Of a stretch of DNA of 64,000 nucleotides, positions 57,667 through 64,000 are shown in pieces (positions within the stretch are counted from its first letter, which is position 1; every line of letters starts with the position of its first letter). The notes under the pieces were generated by a model, which worked only from the letters and a program-made list of their open reading frames with translations, ran no database searches and was not told the origin of the DNA. Both the position numbers and the translations under genes were made by a program. The DNA comes from an uncultured delta proteobacterium (GTDB taxonomy: Bacteria; Myxococcota; Myxococcia; Myxococcales; Anaeromyxobacteraceae). The DNA lies in the NCBI GenBank assembly GCA_963828255.1, contig CAWHDZ010000003.1, forward strand, positions 160,001 through 224,000, read 5' to 3'.

Positions 57667-58587
57667 TCACCCCGCTGCGGGAACGAGTCGGGAGACGTCG
57701 GCCCGGCCGGCCTGCTGCGCGGACGGCTGGGGACCGAGGAGGAGGAACAGGAGGAGGGAGTCGGCGAGGAGCAGGACGGCGCCGGCGAGGTGCAGGCTCA
57801 CCACGGCGACCGAGATGAGGCTCCAGACGGTCCAGGCCCCCAGGAGGATCTGGACGACGACCACGACGGGGGCGAGGAGGGCGGCGCTGCGCGCCCGGGA
57901 GGGTCCGGAGCGGAGCGCTGCGACGGCGGCGGCGGTCACGAGGAGGGCCACTGCGACGCCGGCGAGGCGGTGGAGGGTCACGAGCTGGGCGGGGCCACCA
58001 GGGGGCCAGACGGCGCCCTGGCAGAGCACCACGCTGGTGTCGCAGGCGAGGCCGGATCCGGTGTGGCGCACCAGCGCTCCGAGCACGATCTGGAGGTACA
58101 CGCCGATCGCGGCCACCCCGGCCAGCGCGCGCACCGGGCCGGGCGCGGGAGCCTCGCCGGCGGCAGGGGAGGAGGGCGCGAGGCGCCAGGAGAGCCAGAC
58201 CAGCACCGAGAAGAAGGCCATCGAGGTGGCGAGGTGGCCGGACGAGACCACGAGCGGCAGCTTCCACACCACGGTGAGGGCCCCGAGCGAGGCCTGGAAG
58301 AGGACGAGCCCCACCGCGACGAGCGAACCCACGCGGACGGCCGTCCCCCGCCGGCGCCGCCAGACCGTGACCGCGAGTGCAACGGTGAGGACCGAGACGG
58401 CCAGGGCCACCAGCCGGTGCCCGTGCTCGAAGAGGACCCCTCCCTCCATGGCCGGGAAGAACTGGCCGTAGCAGAGCGGCCAGTCCGGGCAGGCCAGGGA
58501 GGACCCGGTGGCATGCACCATTCCCCCGATGACGAGGAGGGCGAAGGTGGCCGCGGCCGTGGCCCGGGCGAGTCGGTATTCCAGCAT
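57667..58587 (-). CDS. ctaA: Heme A synthase (COX15/CtaA)
   Basis: TGSSLACPDWPLCYG, FEHGHRL, LGALVRHTGSGLAC, LHRL. Confidence 0.92.
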   Translation of the reverse strand: MLEYRLARATAAATFALLVIGGMVHATGSSLACPDWPLCYGQFFPAMEGGVLFEHGHRLVALAVSVLTVALAVTVWRRRRGTAVRVGSLVAVGLVLFQASLGALTVVWKLPLVVSSGHLATSMAFFSVLVWLSWRLAPSSPAAGEAPAPGPVRALAGVAAIGVYLQIVLGALVRHTGSGLACDTSVVLCQGAVWPPGGPAQLVTLHRLAGVAVALLVTAAAVAALRSGPSRARSAALLAPVVVVVQILLGAWTVWSLISVAVVSLHLAGAVLLLADSLLLFLLLGPQPSAQQAGRADVSRLVPAAG

Positions 58588-58691
58588 GGGAGAACGGTTG
58601 TTTAAATAGTGGACTGATCCAGGTCAAGCCCTCGTCGGAGGGGGTGCCGGGGGACGCGAAAATGGGGGGAAACGGGATATGGATCGGGCCC

Positions 58692-59354
58692 ATGAACCGA
58701 TCAGCCCTCACCGTTGCCCTCCTCCTCGTGCTCGCTCCCTCCCGCACCCCGGCCGGCGAGCTCCGGGGGGTGGTGCGGTTCCAGGGGGCAGCACCCGCCC
58801 CGGCTCTCCTCGAGACGACCAAGGAGCGGGCCGTCTGCGGGGACTCGGTGCCGGACGAGGCGGTCCAGGTCGCCGCCGGGATGCTCCGGAACGTGGTGGT
58901 TGCCGTGAAGGGCGCCCCGGCCCCCGCCCCGGGAAAGGGGGTCCTCGACCAGCGCGGCTGTCGCTTCCTCCCCCACGTCCAGACCCTTCCTGTCGGGAGC
59001 ACGCTCGAGGTGGTGAACGGAGACCCCACCCTCCACAACGTCCACGGCTACCTGGGGCAGGCGACGGCCTTCAACCTGGCCATGCCTTCGAAGGACTCCC
59101 GGCTGGCCCGCCAGCTCAAGAAGCCCGGGCTCGTCGTCGTGCGCTGCGACGTGCACGCATGGATGAGCGCCTTCATCTGGGTTGCGGACGGCCCCGCCGC
59201 CGTGACCGGGGCGGACGGCGCCTACGTCGTCGGGAACGTCCCGCCAGGCACCTACGAGGTGACGGCGTGGCACGAGAAGCTGGGGGAGCGGAAGGGCACG
59301 GCGACCGTCCCGGCGACGGGCGCGGCCACCCTCGACTTCACCTTCGGGAACTGA
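58692..59354 (+). CDS. Exported cupredoxin-like / carboxypeptidase-regulatory-like domain protein
   Basis: Signal peptide; LDQRGCRFLPHV, NGDPTLHNVH, CDVHAWM, PPGTYEVTAWHE. Confidence 0.85.
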   Translation: MNRSALTVALLLVLAPSRTPAGELRGVVRFQGAAPAPALLETTKERAVCGDSVPDEAVQVAAGMLRNVVVAVKGAPAPAPGKGVLDQRGCRFLPHVQTLPVGSTLEVVNGDPTLHNVHGYLGQATAFNLAMPSKDSRLARQLKKPGLVVVRCDVHAWMSAFIWVADGPAAVTGADGAYVVGNVPPGTYEVTAWHEKLGERKGTATVPATGAATLDFTFGN

Positions 59355-59355
59355 A

Positions 59356-59613
59356 CTAGGCGTCCTCGTCCTCGGCGACCTCGTCCTCGTCCTCGGCGAG
59401 CGGGACCTCCTCCTCGCCCTCGAGCGCCTCGACCTCGGGCTCCGCCTTGCGAGGCGTGGCGCGGACGCGCTTCTCGGCCGGGGCCTTGACGACCGGGGTC
59501 TCCCGCTGGTCGGCCCCGCACTTGGGGCAGAGCGGGACCGGCTTCTTCATGTCGTAGAACTTGGTCTGGCACTTGAAGCAGGCGTGCTTGGTTCCGAGAT
59601 CCTTCGGCGGCAT
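59356..59613 (-). CDS. FYDLN_acid / TIGR02300-like zinc-ribbon protein
   Basis: LGTKHACFKCQTKFYDMKK...CPKCG followed by acidic tail. Confidence 0.88.
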   Translation of the reverse strand: MPPKDLGTKHACFKCQTKFYDMKKPVPLCPKCGADQRETPVVKAPAEKRVRATPRKAEPEVEALEGEEEVPLAEDEDEVAEDEDA

Positions 59614-59716
59614 TTATCTCCCCTGCTGGCGTGCGCGCCAATTATCCAAAGACGCGGAGCCCGTCAAAGGAAAAGGCGACGCCCCCCGCATGATGCTGGG
59701 CTATACCTCGCCCTGC

Positions 59717-60520
59717 ATGAACGAGACCGAAAGACTGGAGCGGCGCCTGCTGCGGGACACCGCGCGCGCCATCGAGGATTTCGGGCTCGTCGAGGACGGC
59801 GACAAGATCCTGGTCGCGGTCTCGGGGGGCAAGGACAGCTACGCGCTGCTGCACCTGCTCTCTCGCCTGCGCGAGAGGGCCCCCATCCACTTCGACCTCG
59901 TGGCGGTCAACCTCGACCAGGGGCACCCCGGGTTCCCGGCCCACGTCCTGGAGGAGCACTTCCGGAGCGTGGGAGTGCCCTACCGGATGCTCCGGCAGGA
60001 CACCCTCACCATCGTGAAGCGGCTGGTGCCGGAGGGAGGGACGTCCTGCTCGGTCTGCTCCCGGCTGCGGCGGGGCATCCTCTACAACGCCGCCGTGGAG
60101 ATGGGCTGCAACAAGATCGCGCTGGGTCACCACCGCGACGACCTCATCGAGACCCTCCTCATGTCGGCGCTCTACGCGGGCCGTCTCATGACCATGCCGG
60201 CGAAGCTCCGCTCCGACGATGGACGGAACGTGGTCATCCGGCCGCTGGCCTACGCCGCCGAGGAGGAGATCGCGGCCTTCGCGGCGCTCATGCGCTTCCC
60301 GGTGGTCCCCTGCGACCTGTGCGGATCGCAGCCGAACCTCATGCGGAAACGGGTGAAGGCGCTCATCGCCGAACTCTCGGGCGAGCACCCGGCCGTGAAG
60401 GGGAACCTGCTCTCGGCCCTCTCCAGCGTGGTTCCGAGCCACCTCCTCGACCGGGACCTCCAGGCGCGGCTCGGCGAGTCGGGCGGCCGGGACCCGTGGC
60501 TCGACGTCGAGACCGGATAG
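59717..60520 (+). CDS. ttcA: tRNA 2-thiocytidine(32) synthetase
   Basis: PP-loop SGGKDS, CSVCSRLRRG, GHHRDD, IRPL, CDLCGSQ. Confidence 0.95.
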   Translation: MNETERLERRLLRDTARAIEDFGLVEDGDKILVAVSGGKDSYALLHLLSRLRERAPIHFDLVAVNLDQGHPGFPAHVLEEHFRSVGVPYRMLRQDTLTIVKRLVPEGGTSCSVCSRLRRGILYNAAVEMGCNKIALGHHRDDLIETLLMSALYAGRLMTMPAKLRSDDGRNVVIRPLAYAAEEEIAAFAALMRFPVVPCDLCGSQPNLMRKRVKALIAELSGEHPAVKGNLLSALSSVVPSHLLDRDLQARLGESGGRDPWLDVETG

Positions 60521-60537
60521 CCTCCCCAGGAGACCCG

Positions 60538-61230
60538 ATGCCGCTCGTGGACCCCGAGTCGATCCGCACCCCGCGCGACCTCGCGCGGGTGATCGAGCAC
60601 ACCCTGCTGCGGGAGGACGCCGGCGAGGCCGACGTGCTCCGCGCCTGCGAGGAGGCGCGCCGCCACCGGTTCGCCGCCGTCTGCGTGCGCTCGAACTGGG
60701 TGGCCCGGGCGGCCCGGGCGCTCTCCGGGTCGGGGGTGGCGGTGGTGGCGACGGTGGACTTCCCGGAGGGCGCGGGCAGCACCGAGGCCCGCGCGCGGGA
60801 GGCACGGGCCGCGGCCGCCGCGGGAGCCTCCGAGGTGGACGTGGTGCTGGGGCGGGCGGCCCTGCAGGCCCGCGACCACGGGGCCGTGCTGCGGGACCTC
60901 TCCACGGTGATGGCCGAGGCCCGGGTCCCCGTGAAGGTGATCCTGGAGACGAGCCGCCTCACCCGCGACGAGAAGGTGGCGGCCTGCGCGCTCGCCCAGG
61001 CGGCCGGGGCCGCCTGGGTGAAGACCTCCACCGGGTATGCCGGGGGCGGCGCCAGCGTGGACGACGTGGCGCTCCTGCGCGCCTCGGTGGGGCACGCGGT
61101 GGGGGTGAAGGCCTCCGGGGGGATCCGCAGCGCCGACGACGCGCTGCGCATGGTCCGGGCCGGGGCCGACCGCATCGGCACGAGCTCCGGTCCGGGCATC
61201 GTCGAGGGCGCCTTCGCGGGACAGGGGTAG
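60538..61230 (+). CDS. deoC: Deoxyribose-phosphate aldolase
   Basis: IEHTLL, VKVILET, VKTSTG, VKASGGIR, RIGTS. Confidence 0.95.
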   Translation: MPLVDPESIRTPRDLARVIEHTLLREDAGEADVLRACEEARRHRFAAVCVRSNWVARAARALSGSGVAVVATVDFPEGAGSTEARAREARAAAAAGASEVDVVLGRAALQARDHGAVLRDLSTVMAEARVPVKVILETSRLTRDEKVAACALAQAAGAAWVKTSTGYAGGGASVDDVALLRASVGHAVGVKASGGIRSADDALRMVRAGADRIGTSSGPGIVEGAFAGQG

Positions 61231-61233
61231 GGC

Positions 61234-62397
61234 TTGGCGGGGCGCTTCGTCATCCTGGTCGCGGACAGCGTGGGCGCGGGCGCACTGCCCGACGCGGCTG
61301 CGTTCGGCGACGCCGGCTCCGACACGCTCGGCAACCTGAGCCGCGCGGTGGGGGGGCTTTCACTTCCGGTGATGGGGGCGCTGGGGCTCGGGAACGTCGT
61401 GCCCATCCTCGGCGTTCCGCCGGTGGAGCACCCGGCCGCCTCCTGGGGGCGCATGGCGGAGCGCTCCCCGGGCAAGGACACCATCACCGGTCACTGGGAG
61501 ATGATGGGCGTCCCCCTGACCGAGCCGTTCACCCTCTTCCCGCAGGGCTTTCCCCCCGAGGTGCTCGACCCCTGGCTCGCCGCCACCGGGGCCCCCGGCG
61601 TGCTGGCCAACCGGGCCGCCAGCGGAACGCAGATCATCGACGAGCTGGGCGAGGAGCACCGGCGCACCGGGAAGCCCATCGTCTACACCTCGGCCGACTC
61701 CGTCTTCCAGGTGGCGGCGCACGAGGAGACCATCCCGCTGGAGACGCTCTACGCCTGGTGCCGCGAGGCCCGGCGCATCCTCGACCCGCTGCGGGTGGCC
61801 CGGGTCATCGCCCGGCCGTTCGTGGGCGCCCCCGGGAGCTACCGGAGGACGTACAACCGCAAGGACTTCTCCATGCTGCCGCCACGCCCCACGGTGCTCG
61901 AGCGGCTCGCCGCCGCGGGGGTGCCGGTGGTCGGGGTGGGGAAGATCGGCGACATCTTCGACCGGAGGGGAATGGCCGAGGACGTCCACACCCAGGGCAA
62001 CGCCGACGGCCTGCGCCGGACCGCCGAGATCCTGGGGCGGATGGACCGTGGTTTGCTCTTCGTGAACCTGGTGGACTTCGACATGCTCTGGGGGCACCGC
62101 AACGACGCGCCCGGGTACGCGCGGGGGCTCGAGGAGATGGACCAGGGGCTCCCGCCGGTGCTGGCGGCGCTGCGGGAGGGGGACGTCCTCGCCATCACCG
62201 CCGACCACGGCTGCGACCCGACCACGGCCTCCACCGACCACTCCCGCGAGTACGTTCCACTTCTCGTGAAATCGCCGGGAAGGGAGGGGCGGCCCCTGGG
62301 GACGCGGGAGAGCTTCGCCGACCTGGGCGCGACGGTGGCGGAGTTCTTCGGCGTCGAGCCGGGCGCGGGGCGGAGCTTCCTCGGCGCGGTGGGGTGA
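61234..62397 (+). CDS. deoB: Phosphopentomutase
   Basis: DSVGAG, GKDTITGHWE, YTSADSVFQ, NLVDFD..GHRND, TADHGCDP, DHSRE. Confidence 0.95.
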   Translation: MAGRFVILVADSVGAGALPDAAAFGDAGSDTLGNLSRAVGGLSLPVMGALGLGNVVPILGVPPVEHPAASWGRMAERSPGKDTITGHWEMMGVPLTEPFTLFPQGFPPEVLDPWLAATGAPGVLANRAASGTQIIDELGEEHRRTGKPIVYTSADSVFQVAAHEETIPLETLYAWCREARRILDPLRVARVIARPFVGAPGSYRRTYNRKDFSMLPPRPTVLERLAAAGVPVVGVGKIGDIFDRRGMAEDVHTQGNADGLRRTAEILGRMDRGLLFVNLVDFDMLWGHRNDAPGYARGLEEMDQGLPPVLAALREGDVLAITADHGCDPTTASTDHSREYVPLLVKSPGREGRPLGTRESFADLGATVAEFFGVEPGAGRSFLGAVG

Positions 62398-62406
62398 GCG
62401 GCGCCC

Positions 62407-63216
62407 TCAGGGCGCCGGCCAGCGGGCCGGGCGCTTGCCCAGGAAGGCGTCGATGCCCTCGGCGGCGTCCGGCTCCACCATCCCGCAGGCCATGGTCTCG
62501 GTGGTGAGCGCGTAGGCCCCCACCAGCGGCTGCTCGATCTGCCTGTAGAAGGCCCGCTTGCCGGAGGCGACCACCCTGCCGCTGCGGGCCACGATGATGC
62601 CGGTGAACTTCGCCACCTCGGCGTCGAGCCCGGCCGGGGGGACGACGCGGTTCACGAGCCCCCAGGAGAGCGCGGTGGCGGCGTCGAAGAGCTCGCCGGT
62701 GAGGAGCATCTCCATGGCCCGCTTGCGCCCCACGTTGCGGGCCACGCCCACGGCGGGAGTGGAGCAGAAGATGCCCACGTTCACGCCGGGCAGGGCGAAG
62801 CGCGCGTCGGTGGAGGCCACCGCGAGGTCGCAGGTCGAGACCAGCTGGCAGCCTGCCGCGGTGGCGATCCCGTGCACGCGTGCGATGACCGGCTGCGGGA
62901 TCTCGGTGATCTTCACCATCATCCGGCTGCAGTCGGTGAAGAGCTTGCGCTGCCACTCCTTGTCGTCCGCGCGGCCCCGCATCTCCTTCAGGTCGTGGCC
63001 GGCGCAGAACCCGCGCCCCGCCGCGGCCAGGACCACGACGCGCGACGTGCGGTCGGCGCCCACGGCGTCGATCTGGGCCTCGAGCGCGGCGATCATGGCC
63101 GTGGAGAGGGGGTTGAAGCGGTCGCCGCGGTTCAGGGTGAGGGTGGTCACGCCCCCCTCGTCCCGGCGGGTGACCAGGGGTGCCTCGACGACCGCCGCTG
63201 CGCTCTCGCTCGTCAT
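62407..63216 (-). CDS. Enoyl-CoA hydratase/isomerase family protein
   Basis: LTLNR, FCAGHDLKE, ATAAGCQLV, FALPGVNVG, EGIDAFLGKR. Confidence 0.92.
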   Translation of the reverse strand: MTSESAAAVVEAPLVTRRDEGGVTTLTLNRGDRFNPLSTAMIAALEAQIDAVGADRTSRVVVLAAAGRGFCAGHDLKEMRGRADDKEWQRKLFTDCSRMMVKITEIPQPVIARVHGIATAAGCQLVSTCDLAVASTDARFALPGVNVGIFCSTPAVGVARNVGRKRAMEMLLTGELFDAATALSWGLVNRVVPPAGLDAEVAKFTGIIVARSGRVVASGKRAFYRQIEQPLVGAYALTTETMACGMVEPDAAEGIDAFLGKRPARWPAP

Positions 63217-63263
63217 GGTCGGGCATTGTCCGCGACGACGGAGCAGGAATGCAAGACGCCGGA

Positions 63264-64000
63264 TCAGTACCGGGTGAGCGAGGGGGCCACGTCGGCGGCG
63301 TAGCGGAGGATGCCGCCCGCCAGCGAGGAGACGCGCGGGAAGCCGGCGGCGCGGAGCAGCTTCCCGGCCGTCTGGCTGCGGACACCGCTCCGGCAGAAGG
63401 CGACCACCTCGCTCGCGCGGTCGAGCCGCGAGAGCTCGCCCTCCAGCCGCGACAGGGGGGCCAGCAGGGCTCCGGGGATGCGGGCGATCTCCCATTCGTG
63501 GGGCTCGCGGACGTCGAGGAGGGTGATGGCCTCTCCCCCGGCGAGCCGGGCGACGAGATCGGCGGGAGTGACCTCCGGGATCCGTTCGTCAGGGGCGCCC
63601 GGCGCGCAGGCGACGGCCTCCTCGCGCAGCTCCCGGATCGTCCGGGTTCCGCAGGCCGGACAGCCCGGGTCCTTCCGCACGTTCACCGTCCGGAACTGCA
63701 TGGCGAGCGCATCGACGAGGAGGAGGCGGCCGACGAGGGGCTCTCCGATGCCGGCCGCCAGCTTGAGCGCCTCGGTGGCCTGGATGGTGCCGAGCAGGCC
63801 GGGGAGCACGCCGAGCACGCCCCCGTCCGCGCACGAGGGGACCTCCCCGGGCGCCGGAGGCGAGGGGTAGAGGCAGCGGTAGCAGGGACCCCCGGGAGCG
63901 CAGAAGACCGACGCCTGCCCGTCGAAGCGATGGATGCTCGCGTGCACGTCGGGGCGCCCCGCCAGCGCGCAGGCGTCGGACACCAGATAGCGGGTGGCGA
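63264..64000 (-). CDS. moeB: MoeB/ThiF-family adenylyltransferase with C-terminal rhodanese domain (5' end outside window)
   Basis: GPCYRCLY, SCADGGVLG, QATEALK, CPAC, LLDVREPHE, CRSGVRS, LAGGI. Confidence 0.9.
   Translation of the reverse strand, partial: ATRYLVSDACALAGRPDVHASIHRFDGQASVFCAPGGPCYRCLYPSPPAPGEVPSCADGGVLGVLPGLLGTIQATEALKLAAGIGEPLVGRLLLVDALAMQFRTVNVRKDPGCPACGTRTIRELREEAVACAPGAPDERIPEVTPADLVARLAGGEAITLLDVREPHEWEIARIPGALLAPLSRLEGELSRLDRASEVVAFCRSGVRSQTAGKLLRAAGFPRVSSLAGGILRYAADVAPSLTRY

Overview
High-GC (about 70%) bacterial DNA whose gene content and protein style (MYXO-CTERM-like segment, myxobacterial Cys-rich repeats, FHA-sigma54 activator, NikR, FYDLN protein) suggest an Anaeromyxobacter-like Myxococcota genome (inference). 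The window has three parts. (1) 1-8.5 kb: a CheB/CheR-PAS gene end coupled to an FHA-sigma54 activator, followed by small secreted or membrane protein genes. Three of these are preceded by near-identical sigma54 promoters, each with the same upstream palindrome. (2) 10.4-38.3 kb: an apparently complete ~28 kb beta-1,3(/1,6)-glucan utilisation locus. It holds GH30, GH81 with Cys repeats, two Ig/CBM-like surface lipoproteins, a ROK regulator, GH16, a GPH-type MFS transporter, an Opp-type ABC transporter, a GH149-like phosphorylase, three GH17s, and a clan-A glycosidase fused to a predicted large outer-membrane beta-barrel. It has four copies of a 25-bp XylR-type operator and no TonB-dependent (SusC/D) transporter. 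(3) 38.3-64 kb: mostly housekeeping genes (molybdopterin oxidoreductase, B12 radical SAM, M28 peptidase, tatA, recQ, MscS, nikR, MMPL, hemerythrin, tRNA-Ala(CGC), heme o/a synthases, ttcA, deoC/deoB, enoyl-CoA hydratase, moeB). Three single-base frameshifts in C/G runs are probably sequencing errors. No CRISPR array or mobile element was seen. Family assignments come from motif recognition by eye, not database searches.
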